Shown one piece after another: positions 25,011 through 35,682 of a stretch of 64,000 bases of DNA. This DNA comes from Octopus sinensis (lineage: Eukaryota). The translations under genes and the position numbers were made by a program. The notes under the pieces are model-generated. The model made no database searches. It worked only from the letters and a program-made list of their open reading frames with translations, and was not told the origin of the DNA. The stretch spans positions 25,792,001-25,856,000 of the forward strand of contig NC_043003.1 of the NCBI RefSeq assembly GCF_006345805.1. The letters are read 5' to 3'. The number at the start of each line of letters is the position of its first letter. Within the stretch, counting starts at the first letter, position 1.

Positions 25011-25849
25011 TTGAAAGGGTAATAGCTAAACCGATGACATTCTGGGTCTGCTCACATTAGACTTCATTTCATTGAATAGGACCAGAATTCCCAATTTTTC
25101 ATTGACACCATAACATAGAAAAATTGGATCAATGGTCAAGTTTACTGACTTTGTTCAATTACATAAACTAAAATGAACCAAGAAAGTCTCTACATATTCA
25201 TTCAATCTGTTGGAAATAGGAGCCAAACCTTCCCTGAATCACACCTTTCTGCCTGAAAATGGGAGAGACATATTGGATGAAATACTTTTGGATATTCTAG
25301 ACAAAAATGAAAAATTACTTCTCCTACTCTGAGAATTTCTACCAGGAGTTGAGTAGTACCAGGAGCCAAGTTGGGACCCAACTGCAATAGGGGATGATTG
25401 AGGGAGGTTTTGCTGCTATTTCTAGTAGGTGTGAATAACATCTTTCTTTACACACACACACATACATATATATAGTGAGAGATGAGATGATGAATAGCAG
25501 ATGTTATTTCCTTTTTTTTGGTATTTCCTATCACTTCTTCCATCTTCCCTACACCCCCCACTTCCTGCCAGTATAGTTCCACAATCTCTATGTCATGAAA
25601 TTACTACTTGGCATTATTAGGGAGCCTTTTCATAGGCGCTCGACCTACTAGAAATAGCAGCCAAACCTCCCTCAATTACACCTTATTGCAGTTGGGTCCC
25701 AACTTGGCTCCTGGGGCTTCTCTACTCAACACTTGGTAGAAGCTCTCAGAGTAGGAGAAGTAATTTAGAATGAGTTTAACAAGATGAAGAAGCATGATGG
25801 TGTGATGTTTGAAGGAGAATTTGAGAGTTGAGAGGCGACCCTTATTCTG

Positions 25850-27030
25850 TTGACAGTGCACAGGGATTTTACATCAATGGCATCAAAACTAGGCCTCAAT
25901 TTTGCCAATTTATTTGTTGGCCATGTTGAGGCTCAAAGTTTTACCCAGTTTCCTGGGTCAACCCAGGGCCAAACTAAGACCCATAGATGCCCTAAGCACT
26001 TAAAAGATTTTGGTGCCTCCATATATATGTAATTCAAAATATAAACAATAATAAACTATAAAATAAATTATTTTTCAAAATGAAACAAAACTAACAGTAA
26101 AATGGAAAATAATGTTTATTTTTGAATACTTCCACTTTATTTATATTACAAAAGTCTTCTCCTGTTCTTTTTAATAGCAAAGTCTTTGATCAGATCCTCA
26201 AAATTAATCTTACACAACACATTTGCTTCTACATTTAGTAGATATAAGGCATCCCAAATATTAATTTAGCAAGTTTAAAATGATTTCTTTTGTGCTGTAA
26301 GCCATTTACCATTTCTGTAGTGCCCCCACTCACCCTGATGCTCTAAGCACATGCTTATTTTGCTCAATGGTTAATCTGGCACTGGATCAACCCTTGACTT
26401 ACATGGCTGTTACATCAATGACTCTATGAATACCATCTTATATAAGAGAGAGAGCAACTTATACTTTTCATGTTCCCCATCAATAGTCTTCATACACCAC
26501 TTCACTACTGCTATCAACTACTTAGGCATTTCTCTTTCAGTTAACAACTTCTACCTCTCCACATTGATCTACTATAATTCTACAGACTTTACTAACACAA
26601 CTTTTTTTCCTAACATCGCACTCACAGCAAGTCCACCATCCCCTTCCCACAATTCTTTCTTATCCATTTCATCTGCAGCAGAAGTTTTGACTTCATTTTC
26701 AAGTCAAATGAATGCATAAATTTTCTTCTCGCATGGATATCTGCAAATGTTGTGGATACTGCTATCCACTGAACCCAATTTATCAGTTTTACTGCTGCAC
26801 TCTCTCTCCAGGAATCCAGACCCTGCCCTATCACTTTCGCTCTGTGACACAGCCATTTCTGTACACTGTTCTTCCAATGTCCACTTCTTTCTGCTATCTG
26901 ACCCTGAAACTGCTTCTCTCATTTTTGGAAACTTCACTCTGACCCATCCTGGCATATCCATATACTCCCTGCCGCAGTGTCTTATTGTCGCTTCACCTTG
27001 CATACTCTACTACTATAATGTCAATATGAT
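25850..27030 (+). mobile_element. Highly degenerate Penelope-like RT relic
   Basis: MASKLGLNFANLFVGHVE (25867), LHGCYINDSM (about 26400) and NYLGISLSVNNFYLSTLIYYNSTD align with the 58339-59010 ORF. Confidence 0.7.
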
Positions 27031-27098
27031 CAACCACTTTGATTATATTTCCCCTAACTAATACTTACTGCATAAGAAAACAGGTTGCTCTTTAGAAA

Positions 27099-27495
27099 TT
27101 AGGTGTAGGAGTGGCTGTGTGGTAAGTAGCTTGCTTATGAACTACATGGTTCCAGGTTCAGTCCCACTACGTGGCACTTTGGGCAAGTGTCTTCTACTAT
27201 ATAGCCTCGGGCTGACCAAAGCCTTGTGAGTGGATTTGATAGACGGAAACTGAAAGAAGCCCGTCGTATATATGTATATATATGTGTGTGTGTTTGTGTG
27301 TCTGTTTTTGTCCCCCCAACATCTCGTGACAACTGATGGTGGTGTGTTTACGTCCCCGTAACTTAGCGGTTCGGCAAAAGAGGCTGATAGAATAAGTACT
27401 AGGCTTACAAGGAATAAGTCCTGGGGTCGATTTGCTTGACTAAAGGCGGTGCTCCAGCATGGCCACAGCCACATGACTAAGACAAGTAAAAGAGT
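27099..27495 (+). mobile_element. SINE family A, full length
   Basis: Same structure as 8174-8572. Confidence 0.92.
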
Positions 27496-28368
27496 TCCAT
27501 GAGCATTTGCTGGGGGTTTGTAGCAATGACCAGGGAGTTGTCAAACTCAGAGCTTTCTAATTTAATTTCCTGGTTACTCCTCTGACCATCTCTCAGTCTA
27601 TACACAAACACAAGGTACAACCTTCCTAAACCATAGCAATTGCTTTCTTACAGTTTTAATATACATCTCAACTTACTCTAATTCTGCTTTCCACTCTTTT
27701 AAACTGTTTTCATTGCTATGTGATGTCTATTTGCATACATTGTGGTTTTCTTATGCGTGTCTGTATGTTTATGTTTTGCCTAGTTATATATATTGCATAT
27801 AACATGATGCACACACTGCTTCTATGACTGTACACATCATGTGTAACATATTTGCAGTGCTTAGCATTATTGTACTGTTTATTATTTCCACTCTCTGCCC
27901 CTTTCCTACTTCTTGCCACAGACTACAATAGATTTATGCCTTTCCTGTCTCTGGACATTATTGCTTTAATAATTCAGACCATTCTTTATTATTAGGGTAG
28001 TAGATTGGCATTTAACTTTATAATGATAATAATAATAATTATATATTTCTTTACTGCCCACAAGGGGCTAAACATAGAGGGGACAAACATAGACAGACAA
28101 AGGAACCAAGTCGATTACATCGACCCCAGTGGGAAGCTGGTACTTTATTTATCAGCTTCCCACTGGGGTCGATGAAATCGACTTGATTCCTTTGTCTGTC
28201 CATGTTTAGCCCCTTGTGGGCAGTAAAGATATATATTATTATTATCATTATCATTAGAAAGTTAAATGCCAAATAATAATAATAATAATGATCTATATTA
28301 GTCATACATAGGGCTCAATACATTTATATACAGAAGCCTACAAGCATACATATATACTGGCAGTACAT

Positions 28369-28623
28369 GGCATTCTTTCGATATAACTCGACAAAATAAA
28401 AACATTTCACTTCGGGTATTTCCGTGGAAGCAAATGACAGTTCGATTCTGCTTTCTGCTTGGAAATTTGTGGATTTTACATACACACATGCAAGGCTTTT
28501 TTTCTTTCTCAAGTTTAAAATGAAACATTGCTGGCATATTTTCGTTATATCTATACTCCACAACCCACGGAAATACTAGAAATGAAATGTTTTGATTTTG
28601 TCGAGTTATATCGAAGGAATGCC
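28369..28623. mobile_element. Second copy of the GGCATTCC-ended MITE
   Basis: Colinear with 14878-15142. Flanks CAGTACAT and CAGTAAAG match at 6 of 8 positions, consistent with a decayed TSD. Confidence 0.88.
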
Positions 28624-29024
28624 CAGTAAAGTTTTTAGATGAGTATTTAAATGGTAGTTTTCGTTTGTTTTTTTTTTAAACTAATTTATAGCCTCTCGGT
28701 TTTCGAAACATTTCGAGAGAGTTGAACTGCTGCCAAGAAAGTTTGTGACTTCGTTTGTGTCCTGCTATGTTGAAGTACTAGACGATAGTAACCCTTCGTG
28801 TTATGTACAATTGAGGAAATGTGCCAGCCTCAATTTTGTTTGTTTATTTACTCACTTTTGTATTCTTTACGCCCACACTTTCTTCTCGCCATTTTCTCTT
28901 GTAAATTGTCTTAAATTTTCCCCCACTGAACTATTTGTTCTTCGGAAAGTTGATAATAATATTCTCAAATGTAATAAAAGACCCGATTTCTCCCTTAACG
29001 ACAAAATTGAAACTAAAAACTTAC

Positions 29025-29278
29025 TTGAGATGTCGAACGTACGGTTTAATCAAAACATCTGAGTCCCAATACCAGTTGCCGCGGTTAATTACAGTGATGG
29101 AATGGTCGATCTTCAAGAGCCGAGACACGGTAGCAGAACCGATAAAACCGTTTCCACCGAACACCAAAATTGACAACCGTTTATTTTCATGAGAAGCAGA
29201 ATCTACCAAGGTTGTGGACAGTACAGAAATAATACTGGGTACTACGGTTAAAACGACAAATAGCCTCAGCGAAGTCAT
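29025..29278 (-). CDS. Exon 1 of the SDR/epimerase gene: signal peptide plus Rossmann GGNGFIG motif
   Basis: ATG at 29278 (MTSLRLFVVLTVVPSIISVLS), then ILVFGGNGFIG and INRGNWYW. Donor AA|GTAAGT follows 29025. The joined CDS is 1209 nt (402 aa). Confidence 0.92.
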
Positions 29279-30249
29279 CGTTGCAACTTTTGCTGAGTTT
29301 TGTAAAAGATGTTGATGCTGTGTCAAGCATGAGGGGGGATAACTCTATAGTTTGTCTTACTGTCAAGTAGACTAGCCAAATGGATGAGGGAGAGACACAA
29401 GAATCTCAGCTGTGTCAACAAAGTTATTTCTTCGAAAAATGGTCCTACTTAAGAAGTCAAAACTCATGTGGCTTCCAGACATGATAAATTATTCATCGTC
29501 ATGAAGGTCACAAAAAGATTTCACAGAAGAAACATTTAATTGTTCTTCAGCTTTACGCTTTTATACCTTTTTTTTTTAGAATTTGTTTTTGTTTCTTTTA
29601 ATATTAATATATATTATGTCGTTTTCAGTCTGTCATGGCTTACCAGCTTTATAAGGACGCTTTAGATATTAAATAAATAAATAAACAGCTATTTTTAAAG
29701 GATTATATTACAAGGGAAATAACTTGTTAGAGACAAGAAAATGCTTAGTTTTAAAAGAAAAGAGAATTGCAATCCATCGGAAAAAGTTCTATGTGGTCGA
29801 AACAACAACCAAATCTTCACCGGCCGAGTAAAAGAGAGAGAGAAAAAAAGACACTCTTGGGATATACTAAAGACTGGGTGGTGACTTGTTCTTTAAATCA
29901 GTTTAGGTAATGGAACATCTCTCAAACCTATTCCCAGAAAGCAGAACATTGCGTATATTGTTATAATGTGCCATAGCAAAAATTTTCATCGACATCTTGC
30001 AACCGTTACCTTGATGATTTTGTACCAATAGTCTGCCAGGCACCACCCTACAGCAGATCAGGAGACACAACTGACTCATTTTCAAACGAGTTGATAGAAT
30101 GCAAGACTTGAAATAAGAAACTAACACAAACCAAATAGTACTTTTTATTATTTAAAGATATATTACATAAAATGTTTAATTACACATCTGAGAATAGATA
30201 TTTCTGTCAAACTGGTGTTTCAAGTACTCAAGGAATGAACATTCTCCTT

Positions 30250-31600
30250 TATGTGGATAAATTGCATCATGACAGTCTCTTTACGGTGACCTGTAGTAGA
30301 CAGTACCATGTTGGTGTTCTACCTGACTTGGTACCTAGTCCCCATGTTCTCAATGTCTTGGTGGAGTCTTTTTCTTTGCTCATCACTATTGCCATAAAAT
30401 TTTCAAGGAAGTAGTCCAGTTTACTGTGCAGGAAATGCACATTTTACACTCATGTTGCAGCCTTTTGCTCGAAAACTGGTTAACAGGGTCTGCACAAGAT
30501 CTTCATAATTTGATGGCTTCCTATTTCTCAGGAAATCAGATACAACTGCAACAAAAGCATTCCATGCTTCTTTTTCAATGTCACATATGGTCTCAAAAAA
30601 TAGCTCATCTTGCGATAGTCACCTAATATGTGGCCCATCAAACACCCCAACCTTATTTCTCTCACAAGGCAAAGCTGGAAACTTTCTGCTCAAGTATTTG
30701 AAGCAGTCACTGTCTCAGTGTTTCAACACATGTTTTGCACACTATATGGGATGTTCAAGCTTTGTCTTGTCACCCAGTTTCATGCTAAAATAAGGAAGTA
30801 AGGTAAGCTTTCTTCACAAAATCTGTGATTTTGTTTTGCCTAATCCAGAAATAAGCAAAAGACATTGGGACTGTTTTTACATTTTCTTCTTATGTAACTG
30901 GCCATGTTTCTGAAACACAAAACATGTTCAAGTCAGTTGTCAGCTGGAAAAGTATTTTCAGAATAGTCAACAGATATAGAGTAAGCAAATGCATATTTGT
31001 GATGGCAAAGTTCCATAAAGAGAATACATACCATGAAGTTCTTTTTACAGTTCTTTGACCATACTTAACAAAAAGTGACCTTGACCCATGTGACCTCACA
31101 ATCAAAACATTAAGGGCACATCCAAAATACAAATTTTCATGAGACAGTTAAAACTTCGACAAAACATGTCTCGTCTAGTTTGCAATGATGGTCACACTAA
31201 ATTAAACAAAGCTTGGGCATATTTGTAGATAAATTCCGCAAATTTGAGACGTATGGTGTCAAGGGCCTTGAAAATATGTTGTTTCTTAACATCTAAATAC
31301 TGAGAGTTGCTCAAGCTTGATACTTATTTACTGAAGATACTTAAATCATTACTTTTGTTTTCACTTTAAATGACATTGAAAAACTGTTTTCAAAAGTTTG
31401 TCAAGCTCCATACATGGGTTTGCATTTGATGAAGTCAAATCTATCCTTAGAAATGGCGACAGTACTAGAAATGTTGAAAAATGGACATCTCAGTTTGTGA
31501 AAAATCTTGATGTGATAGAGCAAAATGGATTTCATTTTTGAAATCAGCACCCCTGAATTAGTAGGAATCATGTCTCCAGCATAAACCCTGTTCCCCAGTG
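30250..31600 (-). mobile_element. Degenerate, internally deleted DNA transposon, probably Chapaev3 (CMC superfamily)
   Basis: From ATG 30905: MASYIRRKCKNSPNVFC..ITDFVKKAY..HIVCKTCVETLRQ. It then jumps to CFKYLSRKFP..GVFDGPHIR..EKEAWNAFVAVVSDFL..GCNMSVK/VHFLHSKLDYFLEN. Terminus ..CCCAGTG|TAA at 31600. The family assignment is from memory. Confidence 0.75.
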
Positions 31601-32766
31601 TAATTATTCAGTGTTGAGAGCATCTCTTGCTAGGCAAAGAACCCCTGGCATTTGAGCAGAGAGCTTTAGGCTTTGTGCAGACAATTTCAAGAGAGAACAA
31701 TTCTGAGAGACCAATTCACAAGATGTCCCATAAGTAGCTTCTACCGACTCAGTGCCATTTGTCTCTCCTCTGTTAGCAATTGTATTAAAAAACTCTCATT
31801 CTCAATTGCTAACACCAAATATCATGTTCAGCAATAAATATTGAAGTTAAACATTTGTGAGTTTGCTTCAGTTATCATCCATGCAGCCAGCAACATTCCA
31901 CATGTACACTACAACATGGTAACAAAGCCACCCATGGCAACTCAGACATTTAAAATATATCATCATTAGTGGTTAGGATGTTGGACTCATGACTGTAAGA
32001 TTGTGGTTTCAATTCCTGGACCGGGCGATGCATTGTGTATCTGAGCAAAACACTTCATTTTATGTTCTCCAGTTCACTCAGCTGGTAAAAATGAGTAATT
32101 CTGCAACAGACTGGCATCCCATACAGGGGGTGGTGTATATATATATATACACCAGAGAAATCAAGAAAATGACCTTATGTGGACTAGCCAACCAGCTCAA
32201 CACAAGTGAACAAGCAATCCCGCAACAGATCTTTTTATATACAGCTTCCCACCATTTGTTGTAATCTTTTGTCATCTCTTTCATGATCTTGAGATCAGCT
32301 TTTACCACTTCTGCCCATGTCTTCTTTTCCTACATTTTCAATCCACTAGGACATCTTAGCACTTCTTTATCCATTTGTTCCATATGTTATATGTCCATAC
32401 CAAGCCAGTATATCATCATCTTTTAACATCTGTTCTTCATACTGGCATGGGTTGGACGGTTTGACAGGAGTTGGCTGGGCTCCATTCGTCTGTTTTGGCA
32501 TGGTTTCTATGGCTGGATGCCCTTCCTAATGCCAACCACTTTATGGAGTGTACAGGGTGCTTTTACCTGGTATCTGCATAGGCGCTTTTACATGGCACCA
32601 GTATGTACAAGCCTCCAAGACCAGGATCTTTAAGCTGAGACAGGGATGTAGAGGATATGCCTGTATGCATGGACAGCCACGATTCTACTTAGCTTGGCAT
32701 TTCTTCTCAAGCACTGCAAATGGCCAGAAGTCTCAGTGTATGCACACACATATATATATATATATA

Positions 32767-33125
32767 TCTCTATATAAACGGCAGTTTGTCTGTGCGTGTT
32801 TCTGTGTGTCTGTTTGCTTGTACCCTCACCCTGACCACGGCTTTCAACCGATTCTGATGAAACTTGACACACACATAGCCCAATGTTATAATTCAAAACT
32901 AACGCAGCGAAAATTTTGAAAAGTTCCCCCAGTTCTGAAAAAAATCGATAAATTCGACATGGGGTCGAGAATCAGAAACACAAACCGCAAACTATCTAGG
33001 GGACGCAACACCACCTTTTTTAACTAAAAAAAAAAATTTACCATCATTTTTTTGCTATAACTCTCTAAAAATGCTTTATAGTTATTTCCCTTACAAACCT
33101 GAGCAACGCCGGGCGATACTGCTAG
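32767..33125 (+). mobile_element. Non-autonomous Helitron
   Basis: TC start within (TA)n, hairpin at about 33098-33113 and a CTAG|T end at 33125. It is the reverse complement of 11650-12020. Confidence 0.85.
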
Positions 33126-33133
33126 TATTATAT

Positions 33134-33607
33134 ATAAAGTATAAGGAAGGAAAAAAAATATATAGGTGTAGACGATCCAAAGTTGGTACAAACCCAATAA
33201 AGAATCTACAAACTGTTCCCAAGCCTAATTAATTCCAAAAACAAAACAAAAAAATTATCCTTTCGAAATTAAAATTAGGCTTTTCTTCAGGAATTTATTA
33301 TTGGAGTGAATAGGTTCGACCAACAAAAAAAATATTAAAAAATAGACAGGAAATTACCCAAATTTAATTGTTTGTTCCTGTCTGGGCTATTAAAGGTCTT
33401 TATATATTTTTTTTTGTTGGTTAAACCTATTCACTCTAATAATGAATTCCTGAAGAAAAGCTTAATTTTGATTTCGAAAAGATTATTTTTTTCGTTTTGT
33501 TTTTGGAATTAAGCATGGAAACAATTTTTAGAATCTTTATTAGCTTCGTATCAACTTCGGATTAAAGATCATCTACATCTATATATTTTTTCCCTTCCTT
33601 ACTTTAT
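33134..33607. repeat. Foldback element with about 215-bp inverted arms and a loop of about 22 nt
   Basis: 33134-33352 is the imperfect reverse complement of 33375-33607. Confidence 0.9.
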
Positions 33608-34377
33608 CTATTGATTATTCAGTACTGAATATATAATGTTTTTTTTTATATAGTCTTTGCTTGGAGTGAACCAGCAGATTTGGATGCTTAACATCTCTTT
33701 GATGGATTTCGGTCCTGACTTCTTTTATATAAGTAAAAATAGTGAAGATGGAGAGCTTTTTACAATGTGAAAAAGCTCTCAGATGCTTTTTCACATTGCA
33801 TGTGTTTAATAACCTTTATATATTTCAGGTGTAAAGGCCCATAATCAGAAGTAGACAATCAAGAAATGTTAGACTACACTATACCTACCAACATGGAAAA
33901 GCTATTCTTGTCATTTAATAAGGCACAAAACAGTTTAAATTCACTTTTAAATTATTTCATGAAGTGTTAAAATTTCAACACACACAACTGTGACCTGGTC
34001 ACTGACATAGTTCTGGAACTAGTTGTGCAATATAAAGTGTGACAGTTGTTAGAAAATTTAATAGTTTTGTGTGCTATTAAACAGCTGGAATGGCTCTTCC
34101 ACTTCTACGATGTAACTGCTGTTGTGAAAAATTTTTTCAGGAAAGGTATAGCTATTATTTATGTATCTCATGACATCTACATAGAAAACAATGACACCAG
34201 CTTTACTTTTTTAGGACACACATTAAATTAGCTAAGCTTGGGTGCTCACTGCAAAGCAAAACAAACAAAAAAAACAGAAACAAAAAAAAAATTCCACTTT
34301 TCTCAAGTTTTCTTTCCAGTTCAGCCATTAGTTTAAATAAGAATGACTTGATTTCTTCTGCTCTATAGTGTTTGAGT

Positions 34378-34685
34378 GTGGAGGCGCAATGGCCCAGTGG
34401 TTAGGGCAGCGGACTCACAGTCAGAGGATCGTGGTTTTGATACCCAGACTGGGCGTTGTGTGTGTTTATTGAGCGAAAACACCTAAAAGCTCCACGATAC
34501 TCCGGCAGGGGGTGGTGGCGACCCATTGTACTCTTTCGCCACAACTTTATCTCACTCTATCTTCCTGTTTTTTGAGTAACGCTACAATGGACTGGCGTTC
34601 CATCCAGCTGGGAGGAACACATACACCACAGAAACCAGGTCCATGAGCCTGGCTAGGCTTGAAAAGGACGATGTTTATCGTTTAT
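34378..34685 (+). mobile_element. SINE family C (tRNA-derived)
   Basis: TGGCCCAGTGGTTAGGGCAGCGGACTC A-box region and B-box-like GGTTTTGATACCC. The head is shared with 24800-25010 and 55080-55240. Confidence 0.88.
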
Positions 34686-35296
34686 AGTGTTTGAGCATGT
34701 GTGGGAGCAAAAAGAAATAGGTATCTAACAATTTACAGGCATTTCCATCGTCTCCAAAGCACTTTCATAATTTCCTGTGGCTCTCCACCTCACCTAGACT
34801 GAGAATAATATTTTATCTACTATCTTTAACTTGTTTCAGTCACTAGACAGTGACCATACTGAAGCACCACCTTAAAGGGTGTAGCTGAAAAAAAAAAAAA
34901 AAAAAAATTGATCCCAGTACTTCTTTTTTTTAAGCCTAGTATCTTATTTCATCAGCCTTGCTTTGCCAAACTGTGAAGTTATAGAGGTGTAAATAAACCA
35001 GCATCAGTGGAGGACAAACACAAACATAGATATAACAGGCTTCTTTCATTTTCCGCCAAAAAATTTACTCACAAGGCTTTGGTTGGCTTGGGGCTATAAT
35101 AGTCACTTGCTTAATCCTTTAGCATTTGAACTGACCATATCCAGCCCAGAATTTTCTAACTGTTTTATGTTCTAATTGGCCAGATCTGGACTCTCACATC
35201 TACATAACAATGCCATTGTGAAAATCAACAATCACATCATTGAAATCTCAAAGCTGTGAGATAATGCACGATTAAATTCAAAACAATGTGAATAAA

Positions 35297-35682
35297 TAGG
35301 TGTAGGAGTGGCTGTGTGGTAAGTAGCTTGCTTACCAACTACATGGCTCCGAGTTCATTCCCACTGTGTGGCACCTTGGGCAGGTGTATTCTACTATATA
35401 GCCCCAAGCTGACCAAAGCCTTGTGAGTGGATTTGGTAGACAGAAACTGAAAGAAGCCCATCGTATATATGTATATATGTGTGTGTGTGTTTGTCCCCTC
35501 AACATTACTTTACAACCAATGGTGGTTTGTTTACGTCCCCGTAACTTAGCAGTTCGGCAAAAGAGATCGATAGAATAAGTACTAGGCTTACACAGAATAA
35601 GTCCTGGGGTAAATTTGCTCGACTAAAGGTGGTGCTCCAGCATGGCCGCAGTCAAATGACTGAAACAAGTAAAAGAGTAAAT
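35297..35682 (+). mobile_element. SINE family A, full length
   Basis: Same structure as 8174-8572. Confidence 0.92.
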
